Part shown: positions 41,951 through 54,332 of the stretch, piece after piece | How the letters are laid out: each line of letters starts with the position of its first letter | How positions within the stretch are numbered: the first letter of the stretch is position 1 | Assembly (NCBI GenBank): GCA_016748015.1 | Contig: JAAOMT010000714.1 | Coordinates: forward strand, 1-64,000 | DNA from: Geosiphon pyriformis uo1 | Lineage: Eukaryota; Fungi; Glomeromycota | Length of the DNA: 64,000 nucleotides | Direction of reading: 5' to 3' | The notes under the pieces: model-generated | Seen by the model: the letters and a program-made list of their open reading frames with translations, nothing else | What the model was told of the DNA's origin: nothing | Database searches by the model: none | Translations under genes and position numbers: made by a program

Positions 41951-42484
41951 TTTTCCCAAGTTATTGTTGTTTTTTGTGAATATATCTGCAAATTCAGCTA
42001 TCAATTGTTTCAATTGTCTTTGTTGTTGAAGTTCTAAGGGACCCATGTTGATTTGAGAGAGTTTTTCTTCTAAAAGGTAATAGTTTTCAGTGGTGAAAAT
42101 GATATTTGGATTTGGGAATAGAGTGTGCCTTATAATTTCGATGAAATTAGAGACAATTTGAGAGTTTTCATCTTGAAAAATATTGCTGTATATGATTCCA
42201 ATTTCTAATTTGTTTAATAAGACAATAGGGTAATTATTGGGATTGTAAAATGTAACTCAAAATTTTTTCATTTCTTTGGAAATATAAACGTTTGGAATTG
42301 AGATTTCATGCTTCAAACAAATTTGTTTATTGGATTCAAAGATTTGTTGGGTAATAGTGGGTTTTGAGCAAGTGTAAATTTCGTGATGTTCTCCAAAAAG
42401 TAAAATGGTAATTGGTTGAGGAAGTTAAAGAATCTGGTGAAATTCATTTTGTATATTAAGAGCTATGTTTACTGGAACTGTAAA

Positions 42485-42890
42485 TCGTCTAGTTGAACCA
42501 AAACCTTGCATTCCTCTTTCACTTTTTCCCAATTGTTCTCTGTTGTTAACTGATTGTAGACCCGAAATATTGATTAAGAGTAGGTAAATTGCTTGAGCAA
42601 TTTTTTCAGCATGTTTAATCTTAAATGGTTTGTCTGTTTCATTCTGCAACATGATAGTAATGTCTCCAGTGTATCTTGCATCTATAACTCCTTCTCTAAT
42701 ATTGATTTCTTTGCTTGCCAATGATGATCTGGAGGCAATTTGAACCATTGCTCCTGGTGGTATTTCAAGAGCAATTTTGAAATTGATTTTTGTCAAGGAC
42801 TTTGGTTGAAGAACCAAAGTATCTTTTCCTGGGTATTTTAGATCATATCCAGCATCAATTTCGTGTGCTTTTTCTGGTCTGATTCCTTGG
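42485..42890 (-). pseudogene. Trimeric dUTPase domain inside pol, between protease and RT
   Basis: All five motifs are recognisable: AGYDL, SRSSLA, GVIDARYTG, KIAQ, RGMQGFGST. Confidence 0.93.
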
Positions 42891-43859
42891 CCATGGTTGT
42901 TAAAATATTTAAGTTGTAGAGGTGATTGCTTTTCAAGAAGATAGATGGGGGTGGTTGGTAGTTTTTCTACTAGTTCAGATACTCCAAATTCGATTTCATT
43001 TTTATCATTCTCATCTGGCAGAGGAATGCTAAGAGCATAACATTCTAAACACCATTGGTCATCACAAGACATAACACATTCTTTACACAATTGAATATTT
43101 ATTTGCTCTAATCATTGAATTTGAGCTTCTTTGGTTGGGTATGTATGACTTGCAATTTGGTAATAGGTTTCTATTTTCATCTTCATAATCAAATCCAGCT
43201 AATTCTATGGTATACTCAATGTATTCAGCTTCTTTCATTTGGCAGACATCTTCTTGGGTGGCTCCATTGATCAATGCTATTGTTAAGTCAAAAATCATTT
43301 CAGTATTATGAGGGTAGTGGTAAAGTTTACTGAGAGCACTGTTGTATGCTGTATCAAATAGTGTTCCTCTTCTGACTTTTTCTGAAATTGATAGAGCATA
43401 TTGACAGGTCTGATTACATACTCCTCCTTTCATTGCAACATCAATTCAGTTGCATTCTTCTGATAACATATTTCTACATATAAGGCAAGGAGTGTTGTCC
43501 TATTTTCCACTCCTTTTAGAATATCCAAATCGTTCTTTATGGCATGCTTTGCAAAAGTAGCAGGTACAAGTTTTATATTCCTCTTCTGGAAAAATACATG
43601 CTCTCATTGATGAAAGTTTCTTGTTGTAATCTTTGCATTTAAGTGGAATATAGGGTGGTTGTTTCTGTGGTTCTGGAGTAAAATATCTAACTTTCTTCCA
43701 TCCTCTTGATTCTTCAAAAATCTTTTGTTTTGTTTTCTCAGCCCAATTAGATGTTGATCCAAGAGCCATGTAGGTTTCAGTAAGTAGCATTTTTTTTTTC
43801 TCTTCAAATTCAAATACTGGGGCTTTTTCTGATTGTTTGTTAAAAGTACCATAAGTAGC

Positions 43860-44230
43860 AAGTACTATGGTGTATTGTCCTTGGTATGAGATTTTTAGTT
43901 CTTGAGTTTCCCAATCTAAGTTTGCATTGGCCTTAAGAAGCCAATTATTTCTGACCAGAGCTTAGTATTAGGGTGCATCCATGACTAAAACTTTGACTGG
44001 AATGATAATTCCATCAATGGTAAATGGGAAATTGTCAATTTCTCCTACTGGTGTCTTTTTCATATCATCTGCTATAACAATTACAGTTTGAGCTGGTCTG
44101 TCAACAGTTCTTTGAAGCTGTTACATTAATTGGTAGGTAATAATACTTCTGGCTGATCTACTGTTTAGAATTAATCGGATGGGTTTTCCTTTTACTGTAG
44201 CTTCAGTGTACATGGCAGTGATAGTTTTTT
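43860..44230 (-). pseudogene. pol: Retropepsin-type aspartic protease
   Basis: MYTEATVKGKPIRLILNSRSARSII (degenerate LILDSGSAGS). Confidence 0.85.
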
Positions 44231-44779
44231 GTTCATTAGCTGCTGCATTATTAAGCAAGAATGGTGATTCATTTGCTTCAAATTCGAATGGAAATATATC
44301 TGAAAGATTGGCATTTTGGGCAATTTGGGCTGGTGGAATAGTATTGTTGGAAGGGTTTAATCTTGGTGCTACAACTTTACCTTCAGAAAGTGCAGATTGT
44401 TGAAAATCCGATCTTTCAGGCATTATAAGATAACTGGGTTGAATGTGATAGTGATTGGGTTTTTGCTGACCAGAATTTCGGGGAACCAACTGGTTATTTG
44501 TATTGATTCTATTGTTGTTATTTTGAAATTGATTTTGAGATGTAAATGAGTTATGTTAAACCAATCTTCTGACTAGTACTTGATATTGTTAAATGGGTGG
44601 TGTCTGATATTGCTGAATTGGCAAAGGTTGCTGATATTGTTGCTGTATTGGTTGTAAAGCTGGTTAATAGTAATTGTTTTGATTTTGTGGTCTTGGTAAA
44701 TAATAAATTGGTAGTGAAAGTTGGTAATAAGATTGTTGTGGTGAAGAATAACGTTGATTACTCTTATTTTGTTGGTCTC

Positions 44780-46264
44780 TTTGCAATTTCTTGCAATCTC
44801 GTTTCCAGTGTCCTGGAATTTCACAATAATGACAATTTTGAAGTTGGTTGTTGAATGATAATCCAAAATTGTTTTGGTTGCATTATTGTGGAGGTGGATA
44901 TCTTTGTGGTGATTGTTGCTGTTGTTGTTGGTTTGTGAAGTAGCTTTCAATCTTCTTTGTGAGTTGGTTTATCTTTTTTTCAGCTGCTGAACTGGTTTCT
45001 CTAATAGCTAGATTGACAAGTTTGGTGTGATTTGCTTCTTCCATAGCCATTTCATAGTTCTTTGTATGTCTAATGACTGTTGCTAAGTTTTCTGGAGCAT
45101 GTGGGCAAACTTTCTTGATTAATTTGTTCTTTAATCCTGCAATAAACTGATCCAAAATCTGGGCATCAGAATAGTAATCATTGGTTTCCAATTGTCGAAT
45201 CTGTCGAAGGAGTTTGTTGAATCTTCCAAGATAGATTATAACAGTTTCAGATGTTTCTTGTTTAATATTGTGAAAGTAATTACAGAAAGTAATAGAGATG
45301 TTGTTGTCAATAAATTGTTGTAAGAAAGCATTTTTAAATGCTTGCCAGTTTTCAAATGGTTCTTCTAAATTTTCAAATCATTTTTCTGCTGTTTCTTGGA
45401 AAAAGTAAGAAATTGCTTTGAGCATTCTTGCTGCATTCCAACTATTTGCATCTCCTGCTTTTTGAACTTTGTCAAGCCATTCTTGAGGACTGATATCATT
45501 ATCTTCACCAGTAAATTCTGGAATCTTTGCAATGTAAGCAGTTGCTATTTTTTTTTGTTTCCTGTAGTTTTTTCTTGTTCTGATTCAGTTTCTTCACTTT
45601 TCAGACTCTCTGAATGATTACTTTTGTTTTCTTCTAAGTAATCAATAATATTGGCACTTGTTGATATTGGTTCCTGCTGTTGAGTAGAATTTTTAGATGA
45701 CTGATAATCTTCTAGTCTGGAGAAACAGTTAAGTGGTAAACTTGGTGTTTGTAGTTGAACAAGTGAAATTGGAAATAGTGTAATAGAAAGTAGTAATTTG
45801 ACACTGGTTTCTTGTTCAGGTGTTTGCAAGTGTTTAGCAGTTGTTTTTTGTAGTATTGGAGTGTTTGAAGTGGTTCTTGAGTATTGCTTCAATTTTTGTT
45901 TGCCTTTGTTGCTTGTTTCTGTCTTTGATTCAAAATTAATAGAGTATTGAGACTGTACTGGGTAATTTTCTTTACAATACTCAATAATGTTAAAATTAAG
46001 TTCTTGAAAATAGGTAGCAAGTGTTTTACTGTTCAGGTCTTCTGTTTTCAATTGTGAATAGTGCACTAAATTATTGTAGAAGTTGCTTCTAACTTCTGAA
46101 ATATTGTAGTTTCTAAAAAGATAATTGTTGATGCAGTTTTCATTGTATTGGCATACTGATTTCTTGACAACTTCAATTCTGTCTGAGATGTTGAATCTTT
46201 GCTTGTAGTGGATATAAATTGACTGATAATACTCTAAAGTTGCTGTGTTTGGTGTGGTCGCCAC
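44780..46264 (-). pseudogene. gag: Gag (long N-terminal extension, retrotransposon gag domain, CCHC knuckle)
   Basis: KIPEFTGED..PQEWL; ILDQFIAGL; CHYCEIPGHWKRDC at ~44790-44835. Confidence 0.88.
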
Positions 46265-46291
46265 TTTGAATTTGTTATTGCTGTGTTATTT

Positions 46292-46307
46292 CCATGGGAG
46301 AGCACCA
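46292..46307 (-). other. Primer binding site
   Basis: TGGTGCTCTCCCATGG, 2 nt after the 5' LTR; complementary to a tRNA ending ...GAGAGCACCA (tRNA not identified). Confidence 0.8.
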
Positions 46308-46309
46308 AA

Positions 46310-47278
46310 TGTTACTGGAGGTTTTTGGTCTCTTTTCTTAAATGTTGTTAATGTCTGTTTATTGTAAATTTACGTTTTCTAAAAGTAGTTGAACCTCCAA
46401 TAACTGAATTTATCTTCAAATTATCTCCTATAATTTAAACTGCTGGGCTTATGAGTGGAATGGCCAATTCCGTGCCAGTTGTTTTATGTAGTTATGTTGT
46501 AGTAAATATCAACTCTTTCCCAGGAATTGCTCGTCTGGAAGCTCACTAAAAATGTGTAGTTACTTTGCTGTGAAAGTCAACTCTTCTACAGGAATCTTGT
46601 CTGTAGGCTACCCTAATGATTGTAATAAAAAAATAAAAGAAAAATAAAAGAAATGTAAAAAAAATAGAATTTTGTCAAGAGAAACGTTTTCTATCCAGAC
46701 CTGGAGTCACTAACAGCTTATTGAAATTGGTAGCTAATCAATTTCAAAACGTTAGTTGTGTTGAGGGAATTTCAAGTGTAATAATTTAAGGATTTGGTTT
46801 TCGAATATTTAATTTTGATTTGATTTTGTAAAAAGTGATTTGTTCTAATTAAGATATCTAAAATAAGATACTATAGTAAGATATGGGAAGGATACATTTT
46901 CTTGAAGAGAGAAGCTCTTCTTTTATACAACTTGTTGTAGTACTAGTCTTTGAACTTGCACTTTTCTTTTTGCTACAATTTGGGTAAACTAAAGATACAT
47001 TTTGGCAAATTTACAAGTTATTTCACTGAACTATTGATTATTTCGGCGAATTTTCATTAATTTCGGCGAATTTTGACTATGTTAAATGGTTCAGGGTATT
47101 GTGTAATTTGATCATCTTAATTTCTAGAGTACAAATCGGATTATTGATTGAGTAATAATATTTGATAATTTGGCTAATTTAATAAGTAATAATCGAAATG
47201 ATAATAATATGCTAATTAATAATAGGAATTATGAAGATAATTTTGTACTAATTAATAGCTAAAATTCTATTGGTAACA
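46310..47278 (-). repeat. 5' LTR, 969 bp
   Basis: TG...CA ends; 21 substitutions versus the 3' LTR over ~783 comparable bp. Confidence 0.96.
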
Positions 47279-50200
47279 CCATATGTCTAAAGTCAAAGAA
47301 ATTTTAGGCCATTTGATCTCATTTTGACTACTTTTTAAGAATAAGCTTTTAGTAATGATTTTAAACTTATATACATATGCAAATACAATAGTATAAGCTG
47401 AGCAAGCAACAAAAGTAAATGTGCTTATTGCTAAAACTGTAAATTTTAGTTTTTTTGTGATTATAAGTGAAAATTTTAATAAAAATAGTTTCAAAAAGAT
47501 TTAAGTTATAAATTTTGTTTGAGTTTGGGTCTAGTTAATGTCCTCAAAGATTAGTGTTTACTTAAACTGCTCACATAGTACAATTTAAGAGAAGCTGCAA
47601 AAGTTATTAATTATTTATTTGTAAGTAAGAATTTTTTGTTATTATTGACCAAACAAATGGTTAAGGATGTTTTTAAGTTTTTTAATACAGATTACAGAAC
47701 TGTCTAGTTCTCTGTTAGACTGGATGGCCTTCTGGATGTACAATTAAGTATTGTTCAGAAACAGGCTAATAAGAATTGTTAGAGATTCAAAATTAAGGAT
47801 ACAAATAATTTTAAGTAGACTAGTTTTGGAATTTATTTATTATTTAGGCTTTTTTTGACAAAAAATAAGTTCAATAATGCCAATATTAATGGTAATTTAA
47901 GCACAATATAGAAAATTTTACAAGATATAGTATTAGATTTAGCAAATGAAATGTTTTCTAAATTTAATACAATAAAGAAAGATGCTTTTCTAATAAACAG
48001 TTATCACGATTTTACAAGTTAAAGTTATTAGTTGTCAAGCTTATCAAAACCATGAGTGTTGGAGACAAAACAAAATTTGATTATCTTTTACAAATTTGAC
48101 TGATTACTGATTATAATAAGGCTTTGAAAATCCAGAGTTTAATTCAAGATAATATAAAATCAACTAACATTTTTTGTTGCTTGTCAAAGATTAAGAAAAG
48201 ATATTATAAGTCTAAGTTGTATGAATCAAGAGTTGTTAAAGCTGTGGATATTAATGCTGTTATTAAAAAAAGAATGAAAAATTTTTGTTTAGATAAAGAC
48301 TGTATAATCAAAAATATACTAAAAAAACTCTTTTGCAAAGTAGTTGTAAATTACTTGGTAATTAATAAGAAACTGATTTTAAAATCTGATAAAATCAGAG
48401 CCAAGATGAATGTAAAAATAAAAAACTGAACCAGAAAATAGAGGATTTTGGAATCTGTTTCTGGAATATAAACAAATTAATATATTCTTTTAAAGTACAT
48501 AGATAATTATATTTTTTCAAACATAATAGTTGTTATTAATTATAATAAAATGTTTTAGATGGTAAAAAAAAGTTGCTGAATGAAAAAGCTGTTGACTTAA
48601 GTGACATATTTAATAAGTTGTAAAAACATTATAGGAATAATGTTTTAAAGTATTTATTAGATCTGTTAAATTCTCATTTATCTCTGAGTAAGATTTCTAT
48701 ATTGTGGAGATGTGTTTGAGTCTTAATAATATTTAAGCTATATGATTAGAAAAAGGTATTAATAAATATTCAACTTATTACTTTAATCAAAATAGCAAAA
48801 AAAATTTTGTCCAAAATTTTTTCTGATAGAATTTTTATAATTTACAGCAAATTTAATGTGTTTCATAAAGACAATTTTTCAGTACTAAAAAACACTTTAA
48901 TACAGACTTCAATTTTGGCCATAGACTCTGTAATTGAAAATGCTTTGAAAAAAAAAAAATTATGGCTGGTTTTATAAAATATATATAAAACTTATAATTT
49001 AATTGATTGGTAACATTTATGTAACAGCTTGATTAAAATAAAGATGTGTAAATATTTAATCAAATTTTTTGAGAATATTTATAATGAGATAATTAATTAG
49101 ATTATAAAAAATATTGAACTTTTAAATAAATATGTAATTCATGATAAACTCGATCAAAAAAAAGTTTTTTTTCATTATTATAGAGAATTTTTTATGATTC
49201 TTTGCTTTGTAAGATTAAAAAACATAAACAATTGTATAGTTACAAGATAAATTCAAAATTTTTACAAAAACTAATAGAACTGATTTTACAGATAGCAAAA
49301 CTTTTTTTCTTGCTATGAATGTTTTTGTTAATAATACTATCTGGATTAAAAATTGCATGACAGTAATTTAACACATTCTAAATATTGTAAGTGAGTTTTT
49401 TTCTATTAATAATATTTTAATCAATACTAACAAAACAATTGTTATTCTTATCAATTAAAAAGTTAAAAAAACTGTGCTGTTTATTAATAACTCAAAAATT
49501 TTAATAGCCAAAAAAGGTGAGTTTTATAGATATCTAGAAATCTCTTTGTTAACTGACAACTTGTTTAAACCAAACTTAACCAAAGCTTATCTTAATATTA
49601 AGTTTTTTTCAAATGTAATTTTAAGGAAGGCTATTATTAAAAAACAATTTTATATCTATTATTTGCTGTTCTGTAGTTTATAATTGGCTATAAAATGCAG
49701 TTTAATTGGATTTTAAAAAATATATATAAAAAGTGAGACAAGATATTAAGGAAAAGACTAAAGCTTAAAGCTAATTTCCTTAAAGATTTTTTTAATAAAG
49801 TATTATATTATCTTATATTATATAATTTTAAAATATTTAAGCATATGCTGCTTAAGAATCTATTGGCTAATCTAATCTATTTTGCTAATACAAATAAAAT
49901 CTTTGGCAGTTTATTCAAACACAAAACTATAGTTTTATAGATTATTAGCTGAATGTTCTAGTACTCTTTTCGAATTTTAATTAAGTTGCTGATTAATTCT
50001 ATAAATTGTTTTCTGATGAGTATAACATGTGTTTTTGTTTTTTGTAATTTGTTTTTAGGTGACAATTTGTTTAATGTTTTTTAAACCAGAGATAATATTG
50101 TAGTTTTAAATATGTTGAGCTTGGATGGTTATATAAATGTAATAAGATTTCTTAGGAAATTTAACATAATTTTTGTAAATCAATTTCTAGATTAGCATAA

Positions 50201-52837
50201 TACATGTTTCACATAAAACATGTTTTGCAAGTAAAAAAGACTGGATCTTAAAGATTTAATTTTTAGCTGATTTAATTTACTCACCAAATTTATTAATAAT
50301 AATGATTTGGTAAATACTAAAGTATTAGTCTTTTGTCTTACTTCTGTAGACTACTCTTGTAATTTCGGTTATGTTAATGAACATTTACTAAATTTTGGGT
50401 TAAATAATATGATTATTTATACAGATGGTTTTGTTAAAAGTTTAAATTCAGTAAATGTGTATAGAAGTGTTGTTGCTTATTTTTTAGATGTTAAAATAAG
50501 TGTTGAAGTTAGAATAAATAGTTTGTTTTTCTCAAATTTGGTGAAATTACAGATTATTGTTCTTATTTAAAATTGTGTATCTGTTTTAAGCTCTATTATT
50601 CTGTTTATGAACAGCCAGACTTTGCTGAATATGTCTTATTTCAATAGGGGTGTATTTAGTTCTAATTTTTGTAGTAAATACTGGATTGAGAAAGAACATA
50701 TTTGTTAAATTATTTTAAGAAAAAGTTTGTTGGTTTCTTAAAAAAAGATTAAAAATCATGCAAGTGTTATTGGAAATAAACATGCAGATTTTTATGTCAA
50801 TATTACTATTAGTTCTAAGTTTACTTTGCTCTTTTAAGTGCTGTGCTATTTTTTAAGTATTGAAAATAGATCTGTTTCTGAAAACACTTATCATTTTTTC
50901 AGAAACTTGTTTAATGTAGTTAATTTTGTTGGTTGGGAATTCAGATGTAATAATAATGCCATAAATATAAATGCTAACAGTATTTTTAACATAATTTAAA
51001 CTTTTAGTGTTTGGCACTTTGATGGCAAGATCTATTTTAGCTATATTAGCTTGTTATTAATGACACTTCAATTATATTTCATGAAAACATTGCACTACTG
51101 TTTACCTGTAACTAAAAAAAAAAAATTGTATAAGCTAAAATATTTAAGTGTAATTTGTATCCAATGTAAATTTTTGAAGAACTTTAATCACATGTTTTCA
51201 TGTATACATGATAGTAATACCAGAAAAGTATTATTGTTAAACACTATTCTGAAGTGAAATGAATTATTAAGTACATCTGCAAAGAGGAATGTAGTCATTT
51301 AGACTTTGTATAAAGCCAAGTTTTCTGTTAAATTGTACATATTATTGGTTAAGAGCTTTATGTTAAAGAATTGGATGGTTGACACAATACAATATTTGGA
51401 TGCTGGATCTAATAATAATGCTTTGGTTGTCAAATTGGTCTGTGGTTTTGCTGAGAGTTACAGATCTGTTATTTGGTTGCTGGCCACTAAGTTGAGATCT
51501 TACTATAAAAAACATAATTTTTTGCTGTAAAATGAATCTGTTTCTCTGACTTCCAATTTATTGTCTTTGTGGTCCGCTGAGTTGATTCACAGTTTCAGTG
51601 TTAGATTAGATATCTATGCTTGCTTTGGGTTACATTCATGTTTGTCCAGATTGTGTTTCAGTTTTTTGAAAGATGTTCCTTCTGTGAGCAATTTAGGTGT
51701 GTAGTGCCGCCTTGATTGGCCCGAGTGGTTGGTCACGTGTAGAAAAAGCATGAGCCATGCTTAATTTAGAATCTTGTTTGATTTTATGTCCTTAGGTAGT
51801 GGTTGGACTGCACTCGTAAATCAAAAAAAAAAAAATAGATTTTAAATTTTAAAGGATGAATTATTGAATGATAAAGTTTTTAAATGAATGTGACTCTTTA
51901 TTAATATATATCGGCAATTTCATATCATAAATTCACCAACAACCATATTTATAGTATATTTATTGAATTTATTAAATGCGTTAATTTAATAATTACATAA
52001 AATTCAAAAGTTTTTTACGGGAGTTAAGAAACAATAAATATTTTCATTTCATTAGCACATAATAAGATTTTTATTTACAGTTTTTAGATTACATTCACGT
52101 ATTATCTTTAAAAAAAAAAACAATAGACCCATGATATATATTATAAAAAAAAAAATTTTCCTAAAGCACAAAATAGAGTTGAATATTGTACCTTGATTCT
52201 GAAAAATATATAGTGCACAAAAAGATGATGTAAAAAGTGTTAGTGACCAGCTATATAGAATTGATTGTTTTATATATCACTATTCAATCTATCACTATTC
52301 AATAAAACGAAACGTGATATCCCTCTATCACAAAAAATGCATAAACTAAACGGAATTTAGCTATTGATAATTTTCCATTTTAACATATTTTTTTTTGCCC
52401 ATATCCATTCTAGAATATTTCTGCAGTTTCTCAACATGGTATTACCATAGTAACCGGAATTTAAAAAGAATAAATAATAATGATGAAATGGCAAAAATCC
52501 CTCGGAGTTTCCGGTAATGAAATCCGTTTGTCCGATTAAATAATTTTGTTTTACGTTCACAAATATGCTAAAATCTTGATTAGAAATTTTTTTTTAACGC
52601 ATCCCATAAATCAATAATATAAAAAATAAATTAAAGTCTTTAATATTTGTTACTTGACTAAAAGTTATTCTTTTTAAACCTTTCGAAATGTAATAAAAAA
52701 GAATTGCTTGAAATATCGAGCTAAAACAGCCCATTTTAAGCATTGAGCTTGATATTACAGCGTTCTCATTTTGCCGTCATTATGTAAATGTTAAAACCAA
52801 ATAGAAAAATAAAAAAATATCGGTTAAATTTTTATTT

Positions 52838-53200
52838 GAATATTGAAAGTAAAAAAGAGATTTATTATTTACTAATTCTAATCAATCCGTTGGTACTAAT
52901 ATGTGCTAGTCTTAAAAGGAAAACTTTGCAAATATGTGAAAAATAAGAGGACTTATTTATTTGGCTTAAGAGGGTTTGAGTCATTTAATGTGTGTGTGTG
53001 AGGGTAGAGTGCGGGAATGAATATTGAAAGTAAAAGAGAGATTTATTATTTGCTAATTCTAATCAATCCGTTGATACGAATATGTGCTAGTCCTAAAAGG
53101 AAAACTTTGCAAATATGTGAAAAATAAGAGGGCTTATTTATTTGGCTTATGAGGGTTTGAGTCATTTAATTTGTGTGTGTGAGGGTAGAGTGCGGGAATG
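52838..53200. repeat. ~180-bp tandem duplication
   Basis: GAATATTGAAAGTAAAA...GAGGGTAGAGTGCGGGAAT occurs twice head to tail. Confidence 0.9.
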
Positions 53201-53789
53201 AAGAAAGCGTATTGGAAAATTTGAAAATAAATGAGATACTTTAAAATCAAAGCCTTTAAAGTATCTTATAAGAGAATGAGAAATCAAAATAGTCGGTATC
53301 TTTTAAAGAGAATGAGAAATCAAAATGGTCGGTATTTTATGAAGGGAATGAAGAATCAAAAATGTCCGTTATCAAGTAACTGTAAATTTACAAAAAGAAC
53401 ATTACCAATGGGACACTCCAAAGAAGTATCATTAAAATGAAGATAAGTAATGAAAAATGCTAAAGTTTGAAGAAGGTAGAAAAATTGAATAAATGCAATG
53501 AATTATGCGACGAATTATTTGGATCCTCAATTTTATGCATTTTTTGGGTAGAAAGTCCAAAAAACATATAGAGAACTAAGTAAAGAGAAGAAATACAAAA
53601 AAAGGCAAAAAGAATGTAAGTTGGGGATAATTAAAAAGAGATCAGAAAGTATAAAAATGCAAATGTTCGTGTAAGGTGATTTTGATTGTCTAAATTATTA
53701 ATATATCTAATTTAGGCAAGTGAAAATAAATTATTTGGCTCAGTTATTTAGTTAGTTTAATAAGTCAAATGTAAAAAGCTTATAAATAA

Positions 53790-54092
53790 CTAGTTTGGAT
53801 TGGTAGGTCTGTAGGAATAGACAAAGGTTGGTTCAACGAATTCTTCTTTTACTGTAAAATCAATATTTTGTGGAGAGAGAATTGTTGATATATTTTCGCC
53901 AGGATTATTATTTACTGGTGGTGGGTTTTGAGCTGGGTTGTTGATAGGGGCTGGTTGCTGATTATTGGGCACCATTAGTTGGTTTGGTAATTGATTAACG
54001 AACTCACGATTAATTCGACATAAATCAGGGGACCTATCTATATGGGAAATTGTTGATGGAGTATACATTGCTATAAGATTATTTCGATTCAT
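53790..54092 (-). CDS. 100-aa Asn/Pro/Gln-rich hypothetical micro-protein (family copy C)
   Basis: Intact ATG-to-stop ORF; paralogue of 5971-6273. Confidence 0.55.
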   Translation of the reverse strand: MNRNNLIAMYTPSTISHIDRSPDLCRINREFVNQLPNQLMVPNNQQPAPINNPAQNPPPVNNNPGENISTILSPQNIDFTVKEEFVEPTFVYSYRPTNPN

Positions 54093-54258
54093 GTTTAAGA
54101 AAGTTGAGAAAATATTAAAGATTAAAATTTCAAAAGATCATATTTCTGTTCATAACCGACCAATTGAAAATTGTTAGCGAAAACTATAAATAGATGTTCA
54201 AATTAAAATATATATTTCCTTTTATGTAAGATATGTATAAACTATTTTGATTTTGTAT

Positions 54259-54332
54259 GGTTTGGTTTGGTTTGGTTTGATTTGATTTGATTTGATTTGA
54301 TTTGATTTGATTTGATTTGATTTGATTTGATT
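54259..54332. repeat. (GGTTT)n-(GATTT)n microsatellite
   Basis: Directly visible. Confidence 0.95.

Larger units (their letters stand above)
37559..47278 (-). mobile_element. Ty3/Gypsy LTR retrotransposon, 9.7 kb (gag-ZnK-PR-Cys-rich insert-dUTPase-RT-RH-IN-ORF3), inactive
   Basis: Two LTRs with TGTTAC...GTAACA ends, PBS, PPT, 4-bp TSD TCAT/CCAT (one transition), PR-RT-RH-IN domain order. Confidence 0.96.
35412..51831 (+). mobile_element. Full-length non-LTR retrotransposon (LINE, ~6.7 kb; ORF1 plus APE-RT-RNase H-Zn ORF2), heavily degenerate, interrupted by an LTR element
   Basis: TSD AAAATAGATTTT at 35400-35411 and 51832-51843; poly-A from 51823; endonuclease start WKITTCNI at ~37315; RT FVNNTIW (from FVDD) at ~49324; RNase H IYTDG at ~50415 and HASVIGNKHAD at ~50757; Cys/His tail at ~51150. 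Confidence 0.9.
52460..54100 (-). repeat. Dispersed repeat module C
   Basis: 53395-54080 closely matches 9330-9960; 52470-52700 matches 8850-9180. Confidence 0.8.

Noticed and set aside
35504-51530. Short plus-strand ORFs within the LINE as separate genes
   Set aside because: They are stop-delimited fragments of LINE ORF1 and ORF2.
51714-51735. TGGCCCGAGTGG, tRNA A-box-like
   Set aside because: No B-box or cloverleaf; lies in the LINE 3' UTR.
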